DNA from: Tubulanus polymorphus
Lineage: Eukaryota > Animalia > Nemertea
Direction: 5' to 3'
Assembly: GCF_964204645.1 (NCBI RefSeq)
Contig: NC_134033.1
Coordinates: 1,260,131 to 1,324,130 of the forward strand
Length of the DNA stretch: 64,000 nt
Shown: positions 11,157-21,990 of the stretch, piece after piece
How the letters are laid out: each line of letters starts with the position of its first letter
Numbering within the stretch: the stretch's first letter is position 1
Made by a program: the position numbers and the translations under genes
Notes under the pieces: model-generated
Database searches by the model: none
What the model was told of the DNA's origin: nothing
What the model saw: only the letters and a program-made list of their open reading frames with translations

Positions 11157-11945
11157 GGGCGCGGTTCCGCGGTCCTGATTCTAAGTTGAACTCGAGGGTT
11201 TATGAACTGAATTAAACTCTCTGAGTTGAATTTTGACTCATAACCGCGGAACCGCGCCCTCACCCATCACTGACACACACAGACAGACGACTGATGTATG
11301 TCCACGTGACTCCGTTCGCTTCATCATCGTTCAGCTCGAGATAAGATAACCAAAATAAATCAGCAGGGCCCAGTTTCACAAAAAAGTTTAACTCAAAATT
11401 TTGGTTAATTGTAACATTGGCCACTTCATACAACAATTCAAACTCAATTCAAATTTTGGATTATACTTTTTCGTCAAACTGGGTCCAGGGGCTGCAGTTG
11501 CTCAAACGTTGGGTAGAGTTTACACGTGACCAATCATACTTAAAATCTAATTTCAATCGTCACCATATCATCCATCCACGAGTTAACCAGTTGACCAGGT
11601 AACCACCTTTTGAGCAACTGCAGTTTGAGAGACTGTTTTAACTTAACTGATTTGACTAGAACCGTTCTGGATTCAAGTTAAGACCGGTTTACGAAGCTGG
11701 ACCCGGTTCATCAAAGTCTCGGTGAAAATCTGACTCCTCATGGTCTCAACATCCTAATTGAACTAATTCTAACCAGACTTATGAAATCGAGCATCGTTAA
11801 AACTAGAGGCCGGTTGCATAGTCGTGGCTCAGACTTAAGACCAGTCTAAGACCAACTTAGTTCTATAGCCAATCTAACAACTTAAGATCAGTCTTTAGAT
11901 TTAATACCATTTTCGGACTTAAGTCACGACTGTGCAACTGGGCCC
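11157..11945. mobile_element. Cluster of back-to-back MITEs with GGGCC(C/G)GTT-type TIRs (PIF/Harbinger-like)
   Basis: 11157-11259 perfect 17-bp TIR gggcgcggttccgcggt; 11367-11485 flanked by CAG duplication; 11489-11623 ctgcagttgctcaaa TIR; 11808-11945 ggccggttgcatagtcgtg / cacgactgtgcaactgggcc. Confidence 0.8.
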
Positions 11946-12406
11946 AAAGGTCGTGATCCCAAAATGATCAACGTTTCCTACGACTATTGAGAGCCCACTA
12001 TATGCAGATTTAAAAGTTTCAAAACCAAGAATCAATTTAAGTGACGCAGCGTCTCGAATTTTCACTAGAAATAATCGTCTGACCTACCTGACGATAAAGC
12101 GTCTTAATTCTTGTTGTTTGAATAAATACTTGATTTTAAAACTTTTAAGAATTGTTTGTATATTTATGTTAAGAATTATTGTAAAGTAAATAAATCGATT
12201 TTATCTCTTAATAAAACGTAATTTTATTGTTTACAAAGTAAAGGAAAAAAATATGTATATAAAACATGTTTATATATTTATTACATTTTTGAAGTGAAGA
12301 AAGACTCAGCTCAAGTCGTATCTTTAGGGACCATGAACCTTGATATCCCAGTTGGATGAAACGACGAGAATCCCACATATATAATGTGAGACTCAATATA
12401 TCTTAA

Positions 12407-12764
12407 AGCCTAGCGCGCATCGGCACTGCGATTGGAGACAACTAGTTGCAAGGCAGTTTTCGGCGCATGAGAGGAACTGGCTGGATACGATCAGTTGCTT
12501 GAATGTGTCGATGTGAGCGAGCTTACGATTGGTAAGCGTCGATCTATCTCCAGTTCCGGCCAGTTGCCCATGTTCTACTTTTGAGCAACTGGTTGTACTC
12601 AATCGCAGTCATATCCGTCGATGTGCGCGCTCTGGATCTCGACGATCGACACGCGCCATGCAGTTGCTGCAACTGACCGGTTGTAACTAGATTTCGATGT
12701 GCGCGGGGTAATCGTTCGGTAGCAACTAGTTGTCTCCAATCGCAGTGTCGATGTGCGCTAGGCT
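12407..12764. mobile_element. MITE with about 45-bp TIRs and TTAA target-site duplication (Kolobok-like; Harbinger not excluded)
   Basis: agcctagcgcgcatcggcactgcgattggagacaactagttgc ... gcaactagttgtctccaatcgcagtgtcgatgtgcgctaggct; TTAA on both sides; removing it restores an inverted copy of the 69-bp unit. Confidence 0.9.
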
Positions 12765-12784
12765 TTAATAGTCATCTTTGGGAA

Positions 12785-13440
12785 TGACTATTAGGATATA
12801 GTCGAAACGTTGAATAAACTTAATAACACTAGCTCAAGGAATACAGTATTCCTGAAGATGACTATTAGGATATATTCTAAACGTTGAATAAACTACACTA
12901 GCTCAAGGAATACAGTATTCCTGAAGATGACTATTAGGATACAGTCGAAACGTTGAATAAACTACACTAGCTCAAGGAATACAGTATTCCTGAAGATGAC
13001 TATTAGGATAAAGTCGAAACGTTGAATAAACTACACTAGCTCAAGGAATACAGTATTCCTGAAGATGACTATTAGAATATAGTCGACACGTTGAATAAAC
13101 TACACTAGCTCAAGGAATACAGTATTCCTGAAGATGTCTATTAGGATAAAGTCGAAACGTTGAATAAACTACACTAGCTCAAGGAATACAGTATTCCTGA
13201 AGATGACTATTAGGATAAAGTCGAAACGTTGAATAAACTACACTAGCTCAAGGAATACAGTATTCCTGAAGATGACTATTAGGATATATTCGAAACGTTG
13301 AATAAACTACACTAGCTCATGGAATACAGTATTCCTGAAGATGACTATTATGTATAGTTGAAACGTTGAATTAACTACACTAGCTCAAGGAATACAGTAT
13401 TCCTGAAGATGACTATTAGAATATAGTCGAAACGTTGAAT
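12785..13440 (+). ncRNA. 69-bp tandem array of minimal hammerhead ribozymes, array 1 (about 9.5 units)
   Basis: Unit ctgaagatgactattaggatatagtcgaaacgttgaataaactacactagctcaaggaatacagtattc: CUGAAGA core, stem II GACUAU/AUAGUC, GAAAC, GUU cleavage triplet, stem I UAUUC/GAAUA. Confidence 0.85.
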
Positions 13441-13704
13441 GAATAACTGGATTTAGAAAATATTTCCGGACTTTGTCTCTCATTATCATTATGTGGGATT
13501 CTCGTAAATTTATCGTCACAACTTGAATATAGTGTTTTTATCAATATGGTGATCCCAGTTGGATATTTTATAATTCACTTCAAGTGTCATCATTACGATA
13601 TTGGATCCAACTTGAGCCGAGTCTAACGATAATCCATCAGCCGTTGATACTATCGACTATAAGCGAGATTCGTCTACTCCGATCTGATTCTCATGCGTTT
13701 ACTA

Positions 13705-14003
13705 CCGCTAGATGGCGAATGCTTCGTGTTATGTGATATGAGGGACTGTTTTGTAGTCGTTTTTGTGTACACTTTCTACCGCTAGATGGCGAATGCAACC
13801 TGTTAGTGATATGAGTACATTTTCTACCACTAGATGGCGAATGCATCGTGTTAGTTGTGCGAGTAACCGGGTCCGTCTTGTAGTTGTTTTTATGTGTACA
13901 TTTTCTACCGTTAGATGGCGAATGCGTGAAGTTGTTTTTAGTACGCACGATCACTAATAGCAACTTACAGTCGTTTATTTACACAAGGAACCGATAGATG
14001 GCG
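13705..14003 (+). promoter_or_regulatory. Cluster of five CTCF-like motifs (ccRYtagatggcg) in a degenerate tandem repeat
   Basis: Motifs at 13705, 13779, 13827, 13908, 13991 resemble the CCACYAGRKGGCR consensus. Confidence 0.5.
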
Positions 14004-14038
14004 AGCTCGTGCACACCAGACCGCGAGCACCTTTACTT

Positions 14039-14356
14039 CTAGTAAACAATGGTGGTAAGTTGCTGTGGTTGAAAGGTCGGTCGTCTCCCTTGGCAACACG
14101 TGGTACGGCAGCATACACTGTACTGGACCATAGCAACAATCAGCTCCACCCCACCGAGCACAGCCTCGATACAGAACGCCACCCTTAAACCATGGATGTA
14201 ATTACACAGAAACTTCAACAGATCAATGAATGGCAAGCTGCTACTAATTCTAACCCCGCCGACAGCTCCCTGCATTACATCGGCCAAACCAGTCAACGTC
14301 TCGGATGTGTCGACGACTTTGTTCACAGCTTTAATACACACATTATCGTCAACATA
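14039..14356 (-). CDS. MS4A/CD20-like tetraspan membrane protein, last coding exon
   Basis: Acceptor ttatattacag|TAT, phase 0; YVDDNVC...TM4 EAVLGGVELIVAMVQYSVCCRTTCC...VY*; AATAAA on minus strand at about 13979-13974. Confidence 0.8.
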   Translation of the reverse strand, partial: YVDDNVCIKAVNKVVDTSETLTGLADVMQGAVGGVRISSSLPFIDLLKFLCNYIHGLRVAFCIEAVLGGVELIVAMVQYSVCCRTTCCQGRRPTFQPQQLTTIVY

Positions 14357-14567
14357 CTGTAATATAACAAACACAACGTGTTAATAAACATCAAACTAGC
14401 GCTTCTATTCTAGAGGAAATATCTCAATGAATTCTACTACTTCATTTCGTTGTCTCACTTTATGACATGCTTGAGAGCTTTCTTACAGTCGTTGAAATGC
14501 CCAAACACTGATAGGTGGCGGGACTTTTTTGAAATCCTTTCTCTCCCGAAAAGTCGCAAAAATATTC

Positions 14568-14826
14568 TCCCTCTCCCTCTCCCTCTCCCTCTCCCTCTCC
14601 CTCTCCCTCTCCCTCTCCCTCTCCCTCGCCCTCGCCCTCGCCCTCCTCCTCGCCCTCTCCCTCTCCCTCTCCCTCCCTCTCCCTCTCCCTCTCCCTCGCC
14701 CTCGCCCTCGCCCTCGCCCTCGCCCTCTCCCTCTCCCTCGCCCTCGCCCTCGCCCTCGCCCTCGCCCTCGCCCTCGCCCTCGCCCTCGCCCTCGCCCTCG
14801 CCCTCTCCTTCTCCCTCTCCCTCTGT
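14568..14826. repeat. (CCCTCT/CCCTCG)n hexamer microsatellite in MS4A-like intron
   Basis: Direct reading; source of the PS/RP/GE low-complexity ORFs. Confidence 0.95.
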
Positions 14827-14837
14827 CCTATACTCAC

Positions 14838-15034
14838 CGATGCAGCGTACGCCGCCACTCCCATCAGTACTGCGCAGCCGAGCGCTACAATCGACGCGAA
14901 TATCGACAGGACCATACAGCCGACTATTGGACAAGTTGTTTCCGAACAGCACGATATCAGAGCGAATATACCGGCGAATAGAAACAGACCGCCAGCCCAG
15001 AAATTGTGGTAGGTTGGTTCAATGAAACCAGCTC
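14838..15034 (-). CDS. MS4A/CD20-like protein, middle coding exon
   Basis: Acceptor tattctag|GA (phase 1), donor TCG|gtgagt (phase 0); FWAGGLFLFAGIFAL (TM2) and CMVLSIFASIVAL (TM3) match the MS4A pattern. Confidence 0.85.
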
Positions 15035-15428
15035 CTAGAATACATATAACCATAGTCACAATTAGTTAATACAGGTATCAATTAGTAGCCAGGATCCTGC
15101 AACCTCCTAACTGAATCCTGCAACCTCCCAACTGGATCATTCAACCCATCAATTGAATCCTACAACCCATAAACTGGATCCTGCAACCCCTCAACCCCTG
15201 CATGCAACCTCCCAACTGGTTCCTGTAACCTCCCAACTGAATCCGACAACCACCTCATTTCAAAAACTGATCATCCACAATTCACATGTTTTCAATATAT
15301 ACTTCACCTGAGACTTTTTCTATCAGGACACAAACTGATCATCCATCACGTGTATTCAGATTTTCAGGCTTCAGATTTTATGTGACAATATTTTATGAAT
15401 CTCTCGTGTCTCGTGCTTTGATACTGAC

Positions 15429-15681
15429 CTACGATATAATACATTCCGGTCCCCAGATATGTGAGACCGATAAATAACTGAATGAGACCACATCTCAACT
15501 GAGTACCACGCGCGAATCTGTAGCGATGTCCATCGTCGTCAACTGGAGGGGCTGGAGCAGGAGTTTGAATAATAGTGAGTCCTCCAGGACCTCTGGAGAA
15601 ATTTTCTCCTCCAACAACGTCCAATTCGTGTCCAGCTGGGGGATACTCCGAATTCACCAGTACCAGATTATTGCTATCCAT
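15429..15681 (-). CDS. MS4A/CD20-like protein, first coding exon (spliced product about 255 aa)
   Basis: ATG 15681; Pro-rich cytoplasmic N-terminus then GLIQLFIGLTYLG (TM1, MS4A G..Q...G motif); donor GTA G|gtcagt; 253+197+318 nt = 256 codons in frame. Candidate upstream noncoding exon donor at about 16772. Confidence 0.8.
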
Positions 15682-15796
15682 CGCTAATTACTGTGTTACC
15701 TAATTAATAGATTAGAATTATGGAAAAATTTCACCCCAAAAATTTCAACCTTTTAAGTGTCTTAGATTCGACAGATGTTGGTAATGTAAGTCACCG

Positions 15797-15919
15797 GGGG
15801 CCGGTTGCATAGTCATGACTTAGATTTAAGACCAGTTTAAGACCAATCTAACAACTTAAGACCAGTCTTAAGATTTAAGACCACTTTTTGGACTTAAGTC
15901 ACGACTGTGCAACTGGCCC
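15797..15919. mobile_element. MITE, same family as 11808-11945
   Basis: gggccggttgcatagtcatg ... cacgactgtgcaactggccc; further copies about 36920-37049, 53505-53665, 57738-57855. Confidence 0.8.
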
Positions 15920-16590
15920 CAGAACCTTTAAAGTGACCGAATGTTGATAACGATATAAAAGTCAATCTGGATGAATTCGCTTAAGTCGGACTTTTCAGGA
16001 TCGTGAAAACTTGTCAAAGTGTCGTACATGATGTGTTCGATGTATTTCATCATGATATTTCAACGAACATCAGATTTAAACAGTTTTCTACGATTTCATC
16101 AGATACGACCCGAGCGCTCGAATCTTCTATGCATTAAACAACATGAAATTATTTTAATCACGATTGGATTCAATTATCATTGACAGCAATCATCGATTAT
16201 ATAAAATTATAGGCTATAGTTGAGTATTAAGGCATCAATTTATTGGATATGAAAAATGAATGCATTAAAACCTACATGAAAAATATGTATTTTTGAGTCC
16301 AATTCAAACCGACGTCTGCAAATACCAGCATTATATGAGTAATTCTCTTGAGGCCTAGGAATTTTATAGACACAAAAACAACCCTCTATCGACCTAGTGT
16401 ATGTTATATAGAGAACCAGTCTTAGACTCATTATAATTCAACTGCTACTCCTGGTGAAACACACAATACGTGGTTTAACTACCGAGTGTTAGACACATGT
16501 TTCATAAATCAATCTGAACAAAGGATTGAATACTTTCACTTTCAATAACCAAAAAAAATATCATTTTAAAATCTAATTTGCTTTTAATCA

Positions 16591-17295
16591 AATTCGATCA
16601 CAGCTATAAACATGTTTATGTTGTTTATTCGAAATCCTTCGAAAGGAAATATCACTGGATTCCGATTTCTATAAATCTAGTTCTTTAAGCGAGTCCAAAA
16701 AATCGCGACCTAAAAGGCGAACCAATTTAGAAAATGATTCGAAATAAGGAAAATAAATGTATGTTTTTATACCTTATAAAATTATAGATCCGGCACAAGC
16801 TGTTGTGATAAAATGGCCGTTGTCTGTCGTACTACAACTCGATGTTGTCAGCGTTACGACGTATTGATATTGTTCCGTCTGTACGTGGTAATAACATTAC
16901 GTCACGGACTGACTCCGCGTTGTATTGGAAATTGAAAAAAAAAACAACGACATATGTAGTTCATAGAATATGTATTCGAAGCCTCAACTCGACGAGGGGC
17001 GCATAGTGTGAATTCCAGCCCATGAACAGACGGGGATAGAGAGAAGCGAGAGGGAGGAGAGGAGAGAGATGATGAGTGATAGAGAGGGTCGAGAAGGGGG
17101 GAGAGAGAGAAGCGAGATCAGCGGCTAGAGACTGGGAGAGAGATAGGGAAATTCGATCACGGCTGTAAACATGTTTATGTTGTTTTTTTCCCGAAATCTT
17201 TGAAATGAAGTATCACAGTATTCTGAATTCTATAAATCTAGTCCTTAAACGACTCCAAGAAATCGGCCTAAACGGTCAACCAACTTAAAAAATGG
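16591..17295 (+). repeat. Diverged direct duplication (16591-16736 vs 17150-17293)
   Basis: aattcgatcacRgctRtaaacatgtttatgttgttt...ctataaatctag...ccaaYttaRaaaatg in both. Confidence 0.8.
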
Positions 17296-17376
17296 GACCA
17301 CGATCCTCACGTTCAAGACATACGTCGTTTTAGTCGAATAGATAACCGGGGACTGTCTTACAGTCGTTCTGTTCTA

Positions 17377-17613
17377 TAGGAGACAACTCTCCAAGTCTGA
17401 ACGGTGTCTTCTTATAGGTAGGAGACCACTCTCCCAGTCTGGACGGTGTCTCCTAATGGGTAGGAGATCACTCTCCCAGTCTGGACGTGTCTCCTAATGG
17501 ATAGGAGACCACTCTCCCAGTCTGGACGGTGTCTCCTAATGGATAGGAGACCACTCTCCCAGTCTGGACGGTGTCTCCTAATGGGTAGGAGACAACTCTT
17601 CCAGTCTGGACGA
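17377..17613 (+). repeat. 42-bp minisatellite with internal hairpin taggagac/gtctccta, about 5.5 copies
   Basis: Direct reading. Confidence 0.9.
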
Positions 17614-18360
17614 TGCAGTCATTTCCGCTTCTAAGGATCGAAAATTAGAAATGACTGCTTCAGAGCTTTTATTCAAGCTCCCCGGCGCGCCAGCCCGCAG
17701 TATCGCATTAGTTCATAGCAATTCCACTAGGTGGCCGCGCAGTGCTGCCGCAAGGTTCTTACCGATAAGTCGACTGAAATAGGAAGTTCACTTCCTGTAC
17801 GCTAAGTCACGATGATTTTTTTTCCTCGGATTTTAGCAAGAGCAAATTCAATTTTTTGCAAACATGGAAAATTCTGATTTTTTTTTCTTAGTATCTCCCC
17901 GGGTGAAATGTTTGAAATGTCAACAGACCCCGAATCGGCGACAGCAGTTTAAGAGACGCGGAAAACCGAAAACCGAAAACTGCCGCCGGTGTAAATGCAG
18001 AATTTAAACTTTTTATCGAAATCCTCGCGTTTCGTAGCTAAAGATCAAACATTTTCGAGTTCAGAGTCGCGCGTCAGGAATGAATTCAAAACGTTCCATC
18101 GAGAAGTCAAGTGGTTTTAAAACTGACTACTCGGGGAATGTGTGGTAATCCAGTTTCTCAGCCTCTCGACCTATCACCGCCGTCATCGCATTGTCTGAAT
18201 TCCTCTTAATGCGCAAAGACAGCGATTAAAAGAACATTTGGAATCGGAAGATATTTGAGGGTTTACATGAAATCCTACTCTAAAATGAAAAATACAGTTC
18301 ATAACGTTCCCGTGAGCTATCACTAGTTTCACTTCACTAGTTTCTCCTCATAATTTTGTT

Positions 18361-19877
18361 ATTCCTAATGTCTATTAGGATATAGTAGAAACGTTGAATA
18401 AACTACACTAGCTCAAGGAATACGGTATTCCCGAAGATGACTATTAGGATAAAGTCGAAACGTTGCCAATAAACTACACTAGCTCAAGGAATACGGTATT
18501 CCCGAAGATGACTATTAGGATAAAGTCGAAACGTTGCCAATAAACTACACTAGCTCAAGGAATACAGTATTCCTGAAGATGACTATTAGGATATAGTCGA
18601 AACGTTGAATTAACTACACTAGCTCAAGGAATACAGTATTCCTGAAGATGACTATTAGGATATAGTCGAAACGTTGAATAAACTACACTAGCTCAAGGAA
18701 TACAGTATTCCTGAAGATGACTATTAGGATATAGTTGAAATGTTGAATAAACTACACTCGCTCAAGGAATACAGTATTCCTGAAGATGACTATTAGGATA
18801 TAGTCGAAACGTTGAATAAACTACACTAGCTCAAGGAATACAGTATTCCTGAAGATGACTATTAGGATATAGTCGAAACGTTGAATAAACTACACTAGCT
18901 CAAGGAATACAGTATTCCTGAAGATGACTATTAGGATATAGTCGAAACGTTGAATAAACTACACTAGCTCAAGGAATACAGTATTCCTAAAGATGATTAT
19001 TAGGATATAGTCGAAACGTTGAATAAACTACACTAGCTCAAGGAATACATTATTCCTGAAGATGATTATTAGGATATAGTCGAAACGTTGAATAAACTAC
19101 ACTAGCTCAAGGAATACAGTATTCCTGAAGATGATTATTAGGATAAAGTCGAAACGTTGAATAAACTACACTAGCTCAAGGAATACAGTATTCCTGAAGA
19201 TGACTATTAGGATACAGTAGAAACGTTGAATAAACTACACTAGCTCAAGGAATACAGTATTCCTGAAGATGACTATTAGGATATAGTCGAAACGTTGAAT
19301 AAACTACACTAGCTCAAGGAATACAGTATTCCTGAAGATGACTATTAGGATATAGTCGAAACGTTGAATAAACTACACTAGCTCAAGGAATACAGTATTC
19401 CTGAAGATGACTATTAGGATATAGTCGAAACGTTGAATAAACTACACTAGCTCAAGGAATACAGTATTCCTAAAGATGATTATTAGGATATAGTCGAAAC
19501 GTTGAATAAACTACACTAGCTCAAGGAATACATTATTCCTGAAGATGATTATTAGGATATAGTCGAAACGTTGAATAAACTACACTAGCTCAAGGAATAC
19601 AGTATTCCTGAAGATGATTATTAGGATAAAGTCGAAACGTTGAATAAACTACACTAGCTCAAGGAATACAGTATTCCTGAAGATGACTATTAGGATATAG
19701 TCGAAACGTTGAATAAACTACACTAGCTCAAGGAATACAGTATTCCTAAAGATGACTATTAGGATATAGTCGAAACGTTGAATAAACTACACTAGCTCAA
19801 GGAATACAGTATTCCTAAAGATGATTATTAGGATATAGTCGAAACGTTGAATAAACTACACTAGCTCAAGGAATACA
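18361..19877 (+). ncRNA. 69-bp tandem array of minimal hammerhead ribozymes, array 2 (about 22 units)
   Basis: Same unit as array 1; many units (e.g. cores at 18642, 18780, 18849, 18918, 19263, 19332, 19401, 19677) have intact CUGAAGA/GAAA and both stems. Confidence 0.85.
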
Positions 19878-20464
19878 TTTATGATTCTATATTATTCGTT
19901 CGCAATGTTGGATTGCCTTTATCATTATCGTCACAACAATGGTTAATCAATAGGTACATTGTCGGACATCATGTCACCAAATTTCAAGAGGTTTCGCCCA
20001 CTGGTTCAGTCCTGTTTGTCCGATAAATATGGCCGCCAGTCAGCCATCTTGAAAGGTTCTTTGCGAGAGATTTGCTTTCTAGGTTGCTGAGAATGAACGC
20101 GACGGAAATCAAAACTTGTTGCCTGTTTTCCATACCCTGGTAAGCGAGTGTGGATTGTATCAGGTGATATAGTGCGCACGGTGTAGACCAGCGGCGGCGT
20201 ATCGGTAACGAAGTTATTCACGCATGCGCGCAAATTAACCGGACAAAGAGACGAAAATCGAATCGACGGCAATAAAATGAATCAATCGCTTGTGATCTTT
20301 TCATGTCTGACACGTGACTGGAGACTGACTGTGGCAGTGGCTTACAGCTGGTATTGAACCAGTGTCTGTACCGCTAGTTTCCTCGGGTTGCATTTTATGG
20401 CATTGAAACTATAATACGGCGGATCTGGGGTCTGGTTAAGGGAGGGATGCAACCCCAAAATAGG

Positions 20465-20670
20465 GCAGGAATTCAGGCAGCAGGAACTCGGGCAGCAGGA
20501 ATCCAGGTATCAGGAATTCTGGCTGCAGGAATTGAGGCTGCAGGAATTCAGGCGGCAGGAATTCAGGCAGCAGGAATTGAGGCGGCAGGAATTCTGGCTG
20601 CAGGAATTCAGGCGGCAGGAATTGAGGCTGCAGGAATTGAGGCTGCAGGAATTCAGGCTGCAGGAATTCG
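20465..20670 (+). repeat. 15-bp minisatellite (gcaggaattSaggcD), about 13 copies
   Basis: Direct reading. Confidence 0.9.
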
Positions 20671-21682
20671 AGGAGTTCATTGACTCGTTTAAATCCACCG
20701 GCCTCGTTTTCGATCTCTGAGCAGCAGGCGTCTTTTCTCCTCGCGACCGGAACTATTTTCACCGAGTAATAATCGCTGCGCGACCGGTTCACATCCTGGT
20801 CCATGTCGCGTATCGATAATTGACAGGAAAAAACCGTGACTCCGAGTTGCTATCCACGATATCTGGCTATTTCCGGTCTGATTACCGGATAATGCGCCCC
20901 CTAGCGATGATAGAACGAACTCGCGCCATGGAACTCTCCCATCTTAACAAATACTCCTATTAAATCTAATAAGATTGGTTGAATAATAGCGGCTTATGCT
21001 TCTTTAGTATTTTGAACCACTGAAGATGACCATTAGGATTTGGCCCAAACATTGAATATAAACTACTAGCTCAAGGAAAAAGTCGAAACGTTGATTAAAC
21101 TATACTATTTTGAGGACAGATTTTAGAGTAATCTTCCTTTTTGTCAGGCGTCAGGGGATTGGGTATAAAACCTGGCATAAACGAAGAAGACCTGCCCAAC
21201 TCGTTGCCGCCATCTTGTGACGTCACTTCTGCTTTGTCTGAAGCATGCATATATATACACAGACTATATATAAAGATTCGATCAATCGGAATCCCATTAT
21301 GATGTCATCAGAGGAAACCCCAGTTAGTGAGAAGTCTAGTTGAAATCTGCAGTAAGTTAAGCTACATAAATCCAGTGAAAATAAGCCTAAATGATTCAAC
21401 TGAAGAAACCTGGAAACTGATGAATCTACAAAATTCTATAAGATTCAATCAATTGCCGCCATTGCCTTCGCCGCGCGCTGGCAAGTGAGGATTGATGATA
21501 TGGGATATTGGGTAAACACTCAAACAGCTCAATGGAAACTCTCACGATCAATGGACGACTATTATTTACGATCGTAAGACGAATCTCTGCAAGTTTCCGT
21601 CGACAAAAGGCCGCATTAATTTCGGACCCGCTGTCCGGATATCGATGGTAATTGCTCGCGATATGAATACGGGTTAATTGAT

Positions 21683-21990
21683 CAGAGAGAGAGAAAGAGA
21701 GGGGGAGAGGGAGAGAGAGAGGGGAGGAGAGAGAGGGAGAGGGGGAGAGAGATAGAGGGAGGGGAGAGGGAGAGAGAGAGGAGAGAGAGAGGGAGGGGGA
21801 GGAGTGAGAGAAGAGGGAGAAATAAAACAGGGAGACGCCGAAGAGGAGAGGGAGCCAGAAAGGGAGGGAGAGAAGAGTGAGAGGGGACGGACGAGGAGAG
21901 AGGGAGTAGAGAAAGAGAGGCAGGATAGAGTGAAAGGTTAGGAGAAAGAGGGGGGAGAAAATAAAGAGTGTAAGAGGCAGGGGGCGACAA
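21683..21990. repeat. GA-rich polypurine tract (similar tracts at 17030-17150, 28495-28632, 44715-45245, 54060-54450, 56520-56790, 57055-57150, 60435-60870, 62560-63000)
   Basis: Low-complexity GA/CT sequence; generates the E/R/G and L/S/P ORFs. Confidence 0.9.

Larger units (their letters stand above)
6590..11360 (+). ncRNA. Candidate multi-exon long noncoding RNA
   Basis: Donors GTGAGT 6703, 7216, 8030; GTAAGT 8670, 10662; GTCAGT 10945; pyrimidine-rich acceptors at 7029, 10803, 11034; AATAAA 11354; no non-repetitive long ORF recoverable across the exons. Confidence 0.4.

Noticed and set aside
14450-15025. PS/RP/GE-repeat ORFs and the many GA/CT-tract ORFs elsewhere
   Set aside because: Microsatellite translations; the real coding part is the minus-strand MS4A-like exon.
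12785-19877. 69-bp arrays as CRISPR arrays
   Set aside because: No unique spacers, eukaryotic context, no cas genes.
20436-20804. 122-aa ORF with LQPEF pentapeptide repeats
   Set aside because: Over half is a 15-bp minisatellite; no recognisable domain or splice structure, though ATG context is good.
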